DNA of 59,008 nt. Origin: Planctomycetia bacterium (GTDB lineage Bacteria > Planctomycetota > Planctomycetia > Pirellulales > UBA1268). Where the stretch lies: positions 1 to 59,008 of the forward strand of contig JBAXUY010000005.1 in assembly GCA_037129475.1 (NCBI GenBank), in the 5' to 3' direction. How positions within the stretch are numbered: the first letter of the stretch is position 1; each line of letters starts with the position of its first letter. This document shows positions 18,389 to 25,558 of the stretch, piece after piece. The notes beneath the pieces were generated by a model that ran no database searches, had not been told where the DNA came from, and saw only the letters and a program-made list of their open reading frames with translations. The position numbers and the translations under genes are program-made.

Positions 18389-19753
18389 ATGAGTGAGGGT
18401 AAGTCGAAGACGGGACTGCTGAATTGGCTCGGTAAGGCCGTCAGCGGAGTGCTTGATCCCGACAGGGAGGCTCGGCTCCAGGAGTATGTTGCCAAAGTTG
18501 ATGCCGAGATCAGTCGGCTTCGCCACGACTTTGACTTCTCGAAGACCGTTGCTCGTCTCGATATGGCTCCAAGCGACGAGCCGCTTGTTGCGGAGCGTCT
18601 GTACCGACAGTTTCTAGAACGAGCGTGGAAAGATCAGCAGATCACAGCCCGCGAGATCGAGTTGCTCGCGTGGGTCGCCGGTGCCCTGGAGTTGGAAGAC
18701 GGTGTTGTAGCGCGGCTCAACTATGAGTTCGCAGCAGCCAGGTTCCGTAGGGCGTTCGCTCAGGCGATGTCCGACGGCCGCGTGGACGAAGCAGAGGCGG
18801 CGCGGCTCCAGGCGATAGCGAGCGGCTGTGGCCAGACTGTCGGCGGCCTTGTTTCGCACTTCTTCAAGGCCGACGGTGAGCCGCTGCTTCGGAGCATATT
18901 CAGCGGCCTCGCCATGGATGGGCAAATCGACAAGGCCGAGTGGCAATCGTTCCAAGAGACTGTGGAAAGGCTGGGCGTGCCGCGCGAGTTGGTGCTGCAG
19001 GCCATTCAAACCCCAGCGCATCAACTGGTTGAACATGCGCTGGCTGATGCACGTGTCGACGGGGAAATCTCTGAGAACGAGGAGCGGGGTATCGAGTGGC
19101 TTCTTCGAAACGTCGTAGGCGACACGCCATTCGCGGCCTACGTTCGGAAGGAGATCGCCGAGGCAAAGGAAATGCAGGCCCTTCAAAAAGGCGTTCTGCA
19201 GAGTGTTGCTGCCCCACCAGGCACGGCTCTACGTGCAGGTGAGATCGTGCACTGGTTTGGGCCAGCCAAGTACGTGCGCAAACGTGAACTCGCGAGCGGC
19301 ATCAAGTTCGACGAAGTGGATGGGGAACTGGTCATCACGGACACGAGGACGATCCTCAACGCCCAGGAGAAGTCCCTCGAACTGAACCACCGAAAAGTTT
19401 TAGCGCACGTGCCGTTTGGTGATGGAATCGAGATTCGATGCGGCGGCAAGGGGAGCGGTCACTACATTTTTGCTCGCGATGGCGAACGTGCAGTCCCCAT
19501 ATGGCAGGTTGCGATTAGTCGTGCGAATCAAACGATCGTCGCATCCGATGATAAAGCAGCGCGGCGGCGAATTTCCCGCGAAGTGAGACAGCGCGTGTGG
19601 CAGCGGTATGGGGGGCGGTGCGCGGAGTGTCAGGCGGACACGTACCTCGAGTTCGACCATATAGTGCCGGTCGCCAAGGGTGGCAGTAATTCCGACACGA
19701 ACGTGCAACTACTTTGCCGGAAGTGCAACCTCGCCAAGAGCGACAACATCTGA
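18389..19753 (+). CDS. TerB-like repeat / PH-like / HNH endonuclease protein
   Basis: There are four helical repeats with the TerB-type signature (DQQITAREIELLAWVAGALEL; DGRVDEAEAARLQAIASGCG; DGQIDKAEWQSFQETVERLGV; DGEISENEERGIEWLLRNV). A bacterial-PH-like beta segment follows (GEIVHWFGPAKYVRKRE...DGELVITDTRTIL...IEIRCGG). The C-terminus is an HNH domain (CAECQADTYLEFDHIVPVAKGGSNSDTNVQLLCRKCNLAKS). The start ATG 18389 is preceded by AGGTGA; the ORF-track start at 18263 is a GTG. Confidence 0.8.
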   Translation: MSEGKSKTGLLNWLGKAVSGVLDPDREARLQEYVAKVDAEISRLRHDFDFSKTVARLDMAPSDEPLVAERLYRQFLERAWKDQQITAREIELLAWVAGALELEDGVVARLNYEFAAARFRRAFAQAMSDGRVDEAEAARLQAIASGCGQTVGGLVSHFFKADGEPLLRSIFSGLAMDGQIDKAEWQSFQETVERLGVPRELVLQAIQTPAHQLVEHALADARVDGEISENEERGIEWLLRNVVGDTPFAAYVRKEIAEAKEMQALQKGVLQSVAAPPGTALRAGEIVHWFGPAKYVRKRELASGIKFDEVDGELVITDTRTILNAQEKSLELNHRKVLAHVPFGDGIEIRCGGKGSGHYIFARDGERAVPIWQVAISRANQTIVASDDKAARRRISREVRQRVWQRYGGRCAECQADTYLEFDHIVPVAKGGSNSDTNVQLLCRKCNLAKSDNI

Positions 19754-22700
19754 TGAAGGTTGGCATGCGTTTCGAACAGATCGAATTCATCATCCGCCGT
19801 GACGCCGATGGGACGAGTTTCGGACGCGATTTCGAGTGGCTGTGTAAGTGGTACCTGGAGAACGCTCCGCTGTACCGCGGCAAGTTCCGGAAGGTCTGGC
19901 GATGGGACGAGTGGCCGGATCGCTGGGGCCGTGACTGCGGTATCGACCTCATTGCGGAGACAATTGACGGCGAACTGTGGGCCGTTCAGTGCAAGGCGGT
20001 GTCGCCAGAGCACGCCGTCACGAAGGCTGAAATCGACTCGTTCCTCTCTGAATCCAATCGAAAGCAGATCGCTTACCGGCTGCTGATCGCGACAACCGAC
20101 AACATCGGGACGAACGCCCTGCGAACCATCGAGAACCAGGCGAGGCACGCATCTGTCGTGCTGCGGGGTGACCTGGTTACGGCGGAGGTCGATTGGCCCA
20201 GCAAAATCGGCGGCACTGCTCTGAAGCCGCCACGCTGGAAGCCTCTCCCCCATCAGCGGGCAGCGATCAGCGACGTCCTGGCGGGCTTCAAAAAACACGA
20301 GCGCGGCCGCCTCATCATGGCCTGCGGCACCGGCAAGACGCTGACGGGCCTCTTGATCAGCGAAGCCGTCGGTAGCCAGCGCACGTTGTTGCTGGTTCCG
20401 TCGATCAGTCTGGCCCAGCAGAACCTGAAAGAATGGGGCCGCCACGCGAAGGAGGATTTCGATTGCCTGGTCGTGTGCTCCGACGAGACGGTGGCAAGCG
20501 ACCGCGACGATCCCGCGTTGCGATACGTCGCCGACCTGGGGATCAGGCCGACGACCAACCCGAAAGAGATAGCCGCATTCTTATCGAAGCGGCGAAGCCG
20601 ACCCGCCCTGGTGATCTCGACCTACCAATCCTGTGAGCGCGTCTCACGGGGGCAGTCGATGGCGAAGAAGTGGTTTGATCTCGCGCTCTGCGACGAGGCT
20701 CACCGGCTTGTCGGCCATTCGGACAGCCAGTTCGCCACGGTGCTGCACGACAAAAAGATCCGCGCCCGTCGCCGGTTGTTCATGACGGCCACACCCCGCT
20801 ACTTCACGCAGCGGGCAAAGGAGCGCGGCGCGGAGCAGGACATCGAATTGGTATCGATGGATGACGAGACGAAGTTCGGCCCCGAGTTCCACGTGCTCAC
20901 CTTCCACGAGGGGATCACGGCCAAGCCGGAGCCGTTGCTGACCGATTACCAGGTAGTCGTGATCGGCGTAACCAACGCAGAAGCGAAGGCGTGGGCCGCA
21001 GACGCGAAACTCATTCGCACGAAGGATGGCCTCGAAACCGATGCCAGGACGCTCGCCTCGCAGATCGGGCTCGCGAAGGCGATGAAGCAATATGATCTCA
21101 CGCGGATGATCACGTTCCATCGGTCGATCCGCAGGGCGTCGCGGTTCGTCGATGGCGAGCGTCGTGATTCACTGCCCGCCGTGATCGCGAAGATGCGGCC
21201 CGAAAACCAGCCCGCAGGCCGACTATGGGCGACACACGTTTCCGGCGAAACAGCGGCCAGCAAACGGGCCTCACTCCTGAAGGAACTTGGAGACTTGCCA
21301 AAAGGCACGTGCGGGCTGATTTCGAATTGCGCGTGCCTGGGGGAAGGCGTTGATGTTCCTGCCCTCGACGGCGTGGCCTTCATCGACCCGAAGGGTTCGA
21401 TGGTGGACATCATTCAGGCCGTCGGCCGCGTGATCCGCAAATCGCCCGACAAAAAGATCGGCACCATCGTCATCCCCGTATTCGTAGACGAGTCGGAGGA
21501 CGCCGATCACGCACTTAAAAACTCCGCTTTCGATCCCGTGTGGCAGGTGCTCAAGGCACTACGTGCCCACGACCGGCGGCTCGCCGACGAACTGGACGGA
21601 TTGCGGACTTCGCTGGGGAAGCAGGCCGGTGGCGGGAGGCGAATCAAACTTCCCTCGAATGTCGTGCTTGATGTGCCACGGCTGTTGCTCCAGGACTTCG
21701 AGCAGGCGTTCTACGTCCGGGCTGTGAAGGCAGCCACAGAGAAGCCCGCGTTAACCGTTGAACAGATTCTGCAATGGGCCGACGAATGGAAACTAAGGAC
21801 AGGAGACTGGCCGAATGCCAAGTCTGGGGCCATACCTGACACGCAAGAGACGTGGGCAGGCATAGCCCACGCGCTGAATCGTGGGCACCGTGGACTAAAC
21901 GCGAGTCGCTGTTCCCTGCCGCAGTTCCTGCACGACTTCCGAGGTGTTCGCAACAGAGCGGGCCTGGGGATGCTTGCCGAAGAGCAGATCCTCGAATGGG
22001 CAGATCGCTACTTTGAGCATCACAGTTCGTGGCCCACCCACTCGTCTGGGGATATACCCGAAACATATGACACATGGGCCGGTGTTAGTGTCGCCCTCCG
22101 AAACGGCGCTCGCGGGCTACCTCGGCAAATAACGCTGGCAAACCTTCTCTGGGAGAAGCGGGGAGTTCCTAACAGGGCAAACCGTCCGCGGTTGTCTATC
22201 GAACAGATTTTGAGGTGGAGCGACGATCACAAACGGCGGACGGGAGATTGGCCCGATCAAACCTCCGGGCAGGTTTATGGCACAACCGAGACCTGGGGAG
22301 GCATTCAAGTCGCGCTCAACGGTGGAAAACGTGGGCTCCGCGGCAAATCGTCAATTCGGCTCCTACTGCATGAGCACCGCGGAGTCCCTCACTTAAGGCG
22401 CCAGCCGCGACTGTCTGTGCCTCTGATTCTGAGGTGGGCTGATGACTACCATCGCATGACTGGGCGGTGGCCGAAGAACAAAAAAACTTCTGACAAAATC
22501 TCAGGAACAGATGACAGTTGGGCCAGCATCGACGCTGCTCTCCGCGCAGGAAGACGCGGCCTGCGCAAGTCGTCGCTCGCGGACTTGCTCGAGAAGCGTC
22601 GTGGCGTCAGAAACCATCTAAAGGCTCGGCCACTTACGTTAAAACAGATTCTGAGATGGGCAGATCGGCATAGAAGAAAGACCGGTGAATGGCCCATCGC

Positions 22701-23496
22701 GGAATCCGGCCAGATCATAGGGGCCAGAGGCGAGAAATGGTCGAGCGTGCAGGCGGCTCTTTCGCAGGGCACGCGCGACCTTCCCGGAGGTGACTCGCTG
22801 TCTCGCTTACTCGCGCGTGAACGTGGCGTCCGCAACCGACTCGACACCCCGAAACTAACGGTTCGCAGGATTCTCGCGTGGGCTGATGCGCACCACCAGA
22901 ATCATGGCGACTGGCCAACTGTCGGTGATCGCCGTGATCCTGCTGCAGGAGAGAATTGGAACGCCATTAATGCGGCTCTTGAGCGCGGATCCCGCGGTCT
23001 ACCGGGGGGCAGTTCCTTGGCGACTTTGCTGGCTGAAAAGCGAGGGGTGCGTCGCGGCCGTCATGCCCAGAGGCTCACGGTAAACATGATCGCCAAATGG
23101 GCGAAAGCGCATCACAGGCGCACGGGCAAATGGCCGACGTTGAGTTCCGGTTTAGTCCACGGCACAAACGAGCGATGGAATAATTTGGATCAGTTGTTGG
23201 CCAAGGGGCTCCGCGGTTTACCTGGCGGTCAAAGACTGGCCAACGTTCTTGCGGATCACTGCGGAGTTCGCAACCACCTGAACATTTCCGACCTGTCGGT
23301 GAAGCAATTATTGGTGTGGGCCGATGAGCACCATGCCCGGAATGGAACCTTTCCGACCAAGGACTCGGGCCCCGTTTTCGGAACCGAGGAGAACTGGTCG
23401 AAAATTGATACCTCGTTAAGGGCTGGGAATCGCGGACTTCCCGGCGGCTCATCGCTCGCCAAGTTGCTGGATCGGCATCGACGAGGCAGGGATTAA
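19753..23496 (+). CDS. Mrr-type PD-(D/E)xK nuclease + SF2 DEAH helicase + 8x ~73-aa C-terminal repeat protein (1247 aa)
   Basis: The N-terminus has GRDCGIDLIAETIDGELWAVQCKA (Mrr_cat-like D...QxK). Helicase motifs are I MACGTGKTLTG, II LCDEAHRL, III FMTATPR, V/VI GEGVDVPALDGVAFIDP...QAVGRVIRK. Eight tandem repeats follow. The start ATG 19753 overlaps the upstream stop (TGATG). Confidence 0.85.
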   Translation: MKVGMRFEQIEFIIRRDADGTSFGRDFEWLCKWYLENAPLYRGKFRKVWRWDEWPDRWGRDCGIDLIAETIDGELWAVQCKAVSPEHAVTKAEIDSFLSESNRKQIAYRLLIATTDNIGTNALRTIENQARHASVVLRGDLVTAEVDWPSKIGGTALKPPRWKPLPHQRAAISDVLAGFKKHERGRLIMACGTGKTLTGLLISEAVGSQRTLLLVPSISLAQQNLKEWGRHAKEDFDCLVVCSDETVASDRDDPALRYVADLGIRPTTNPKEIAAFLSKRRSRPALVISTYQSCERVSRGQSMAKKWFDLALCDEAHRLVGHSDSQFATVLHDKKIRARRRLFMTATPRYFTQRAKERGAEQDIELVSMDDETKFGPEFHVLTFHEGITAKPEPLLTDYQVVVIGVTNAEAKAWAADAKLIRTKDGLETDARTLASQIGLAKAMKQYDLTRMITFHRSIRRASRFVDGERRDSLPAVIAKMRPENQPAGRLWATHVSGETAASKRASLLKELGDLPKGTCGLISNCACLGEGVDVPALDGVAFIDPKGSMVDIIQAVGRVIRKSPDKKIGTIVIPVFVDESEDADHALKNSAFDPVWQVLKALRAHDRRLADELDGLRTSLGKQAGGGRRIKLPSNVVLDVPRLLLQDFEQAFYVRAVKAATEKPALTVEQILQWADEWKLRTGDWPNAKSGAIPDTQETWAGIAHALNRGHRGLNASRCSLPQFLHDFRGVRNRAGLGMLAEEQILEWADRYFEHHSSWPTHSSGDIPETYDTWAGVSVALRNGARGLPRQITLANLLWEKRGVPNRANRPRLSIEQILRWSDDHKRRTGDWPDQTSGQVYGTTETWGGIQVALNGGKRGLRGKSSIRLLLHEHRGVPHLRRQPRLSVPLILRWADDYHRMTGRWPKNKKTSDKISGTDDSWASIDAALRAGRRGLRKSSLADLLEKRRGVRNHLKARPLTLKQILRWADRHRRKTGEWPIAESGQIIGARGEKWSSVQAALSQGTRDLPGGDSLSRLLARERGVRNRLDTPKLTVRRILAWADAHHQNHGDWPTVGDRRDPAAGENWNAINAALERGSRGLPGGSSLATLLAEKRGVRRGRHAQRLTVNMIAKWAKAHHRRTGKWPTLSSGLVHGTNERWNNLDQLLAKGLRGLPGGQRLANVLADHCGVRNHLNISDLSVKQLLVWADEHHARNGTFPTKDSGPVFGTEENWSKIDTSLRAGNRGLPGGSSLAKLLDRHRRGRD
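21751..23493 (+). repeat. Eight in-frame tandem coding repeats (period 219-222 nt, ~73 aa)
   Basis: Repeat starts are at 21751, 21973, 22192, 22411, 22633, 22855, 23074 and 23293. The approximate consensus is L[ST]VxQIL.WAD.H..RTG.WP...SG.I.G..E.W..I..AL..G.RGLPGGSSLA.LL...RGVRN. The copies are divergent at the DNA level. Confidence 0.85.
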
Positions 23497-23502
23497 CTGG
23501 TC

Positions 23503-24189
23503 ATGCGACTGGTCGGCTGGAATGCCAACTACAACAACCATCCGCGCACCTTCGAAGAAAACGTCGCCCTCCTGGAGCCGTTCAAGGCCGACGTGCTGGT
23601 GATCTGTGAGACCGCGCCGCCGCAGCCTGGTGGTCGGGCGTTCTTCGTGGGCGGTTCGCCTGGGCTGGCCGTTGTGGCCCCTGATGGCATCGAGATCCAG
23701 CCGCACCCGATGAACGACGGTGCGCCGCCGCTGTTTGCCGGATTTCGTGTTGCTGGGCCTCTGGCGTTCGATCTGCTGGCGACCTGGCCCGTCAGCCGAA
23801 AGGGTATGCCCTCCTACCACGAGGTGCTGATGGCGTCCCTGGGGCGATACGCCGACTTCTGGGCGGCTGGTCGCGCGGTGATGCTGGGTGACTTCAATTC
23901 GAGCACCCGGGTCGGCAGCCAGAAGCGGTCACATCCGGTGTTCGTCCAGGCCGCTCTGGATCGCGGGCTCGTGAGCGCGTACCACGAGCAGACAGGCGAG
24001 AGCCACGGCGAGGAAACCGTGTCGACGTACCTCCACGGCAATGGTGCGGAGTTTCACGTGGACTACGGCTTCGTGTCGCAGCCGCTCGTCGAGTCAGTCC
24101 GCTGCCGGATTCCCGACGAGCCGCGATGGTTCGAGATCGGCGATCACCGGCCGATCGTCTTGGATATCGACGAGGCCGTGGGAGAGTGA
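23503..24189 (+). CDS. Endonuclease/exonuclease/phosphatase (EEP) family protein
   Basis: MRLVGWNANY..., ...ADVLVICET..., ...VMLGDFNSS..., ...EIGDHRPIVLDI follow the EEP (ExoIII/DNase I-like) motif order. It starts 6 nt after the helicase stop. Confidence 0.7.
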   Translation: MRLVGWNANYNNHPRTFEENVALLEPFKADVLVICETAPPQPGGRAFFVGGSPGLAVVAPDGIEIQPHPMNDGAPPLFAGFRVAGPLAFDLLATWPVSRKGMPSYHEVLMASLGRYADFWAAGRAVMLGDFNSSTRVGSQKRSHPVFVQAALDRGLVSAYHEQTGESHGEETVSTYLHGNGAEFHVDYGFVSQPLVESVRCRIPDEPRWFEIGDHRPIVLDIDEAVGE

Positions 24190-24203
24190 CTTCTCTCGCC
24201 GCG

Positions 24204-24286
24204 GATTCGTCCCTCGATTTGCCCGATTCGTCCCGCGCGTTTCGAGTGCGCGCCCGATTCGTCCCTAGCCGTGCCGGATTCGTCAC
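24204..24286 (+). promoter_or_regulatory. Four phased direct repeats of GATTCGTC(C/A)C
   Basis: Copies lie at 24204-24213, 24225-24234, 24256-24265 and 24277-24286, with start-to-start spacing of 21, 31 and 21 nt. They sit between the EEP stop and the island PEP-CTERM gene, and a GC palindrome (cgcgcg...gcgcgc) lies between copies 2 and 3. Confidence 0.5.
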
Positions 24287-24416
24287 ATTTTCGGCACCGA
24301 CGGGCTGGGTGATCGTATGCGGCTGGTAGTCTGCAGGGGGCTTCGTGCCGCCGCGCGTCACGCGTGGCGGACGACGCCCCCGTGCGCCAGCAATCCAGAG
24401 TTTTCCGCCCCATCCT

Positions 24417-25073
24417 ATGAAAGAGACAGCAATGCGAAGTAGACGTTTGCCGGAAATGTTATCCGCCGTGCGATGCATCGTCGTCATGGCGATCGTGGTC
24501 GCTTCCGTCCTAAGCGCCTGCGCGGCAATCGCCGCATCGACGACAAACTTTTTACTCGAGGCAGCCGACGGCGGCGCCAAGTCGCGACTGTCATGGACAT
24601 TCGGAGATGGCTGGCTTTCGCCCTCGGGCGTCGAGACAAAAACCATGACCTACCTTGGCACATTTGGCGCGGGGGCGATCGATCCCACCTTCGTCTCGGG
24701 GACGTTCGCCGTCAGCGGTGCCGGTTCGTACAACAACATCACCACGGGATCCTCCTTTCAGATAACTAACCTCGGGTTCACGCAGATGAACACGTCTGAT
24801 CTGTTCATCAGCTTGATGCAGACACAAAGCGTTCTTGTCTCCGGCTCAGGCCAGTTCGTCTCATACACGCCAGGGACTGATTCGTTTGTGGTCGACATCC
24901 CGTTTTCGAAGTTCGTTCCGGGTATCTATGCGATCAACAACGGGGTGTCGACACCGCCGACCCCGCAGACGTTGACGATCACCGCCGTGCCCGAGCCATG
25001 GACGTGGGTGATGGCTACGGGCGGGTTCGCCTATGCAGCATTTGAAATGTTCCGGCGCCGCAGGCGGGCCTGA
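24417..25073 (+). CDS. Secreted PEP-CTERM-anchored protein (island cargo)
   Basis: It has a signal/TM region (VRCIVVMAIVVASVLSACAAIAAS), and its C-terminus is AVPEPWTWVMATGGFAYAAFEMFRRRRRA. An alternative start is MRSRRL at 24432. Confidence 0.75.
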   Translation: MKETAMRSRRLPEMLSAVRCIVVMAIVVASVLSACAAIAASTTNFLLEAADGGAKSRLSWTFGDGWLSPSGVETKTMTYLGTFGAGAIDPTFVSGTFAVSGAGSYNNITTGSSFQITNLGFTQMNTSDLFISLMQTQSVLVSGSGQFVSYTPGTDSFVVDIPFSKFVPGIYAINNGVSTPPTPQTLTITAVPEPWTWVMATGGFAYAAFEMFRRRRRA

Positions 25074-25102
25074 CGCCGAGTGCCTGATGTGATTCACACG
25101 AT

Positions 25103-25134
25103 GAGGGGAGCGGGCCACGCGGTTCGCTCCCCTC
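25103..25134 (+). terminator. Hairpin after the island PEP-CTERM gene
   Basis: gaggggagcg-ggccacgcggtt-cgctcccctc is a perfect 10-bp stem, followed by gctcgtttgt (weak T-tract), 30 nt after the stop. Confidence 0.4.
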
Positions 25135-25434
25135 GCTCGTTTGTGGGCTGACCGCGAGCCGGTGCCGCCGTGGGAATGGTGGGCGGGCGGGGCGCCAGCC
25201 GGCGGGTAGGCGAATCCTGTCTACATCACTCGACCCCCGCCCTGCCCCGCAGTCGCAGCGGCTCACGCTGGGCCAGAACATCCCCGCTTCCCCGCTTCTG
25301 AATGGTGGAGTGTGTTTTTTCAGTGGAAAGCGGGGAAAGTGTTGCTTCTGTTGTCGGCCTTCGAAAGGGCTGATATTCTCGTTGCAAACCGTCATTTCGA
25401 CGGCACGGAAGTGCGTGTCTGAAGGTTGGTTCCC

Positions 25435-25558
25435 ACCGTAGAGGCCGCAGGTTCGAATCCTGTGCTGCCCACTCGGTCGAAAGACCTTGTTTTGCAGGAG
25501 AGACGCGACCTGCCCTCGCTGGGCGGCGCCCTCGGGATGCGACTGAACGCGGGGCATT
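25435..25558 (+). repeat. Right copy of the direct repeat (decayed tRNA-Val 3' fragment plus downstream element)
   Basis: accgtagaggccgcaggttcgaatcctgtgctgcccac is followed by a 35-nt spacer and a homologous 52 nt. The upstream ..gaaggttggtt|ccc| looks like a D-arm remnant joined directly to the variable/T-arm region, i.e. the anticodon arm is missing. Confidence 0.7.

Larger units (their letters stand above)
17815..25472. mobile_element. tRNA-Val-associated genomic island (integrase-less, probably immobilised)
   Basis: It is bounded by the direct repeats above. It is visibly more AT-rich than the flanks, especially 18.3-24.2 kb. The cargo is nuclease/helicase genes plus a PEP-CTERM gene. 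No recombinase ORF is detectable on either strand. Confidence 0.55.

Noticed and set aside
24204-24286. Possible CRISPR array
   Set aside because: The repeats are only 10-12 nt with 11-21-nt gaps, there are just four copies, and no cas genes are present. This is not CRISPR-like. No CRISPR array was seen anywhere in the window.
17815-25472. Prophage
   Set aside because: There are no capsid, portal, terminase, tail, lysis or integrase genes. The content is three nuclease/helicase genes and a surface protein, so this is an island rather than a phage.
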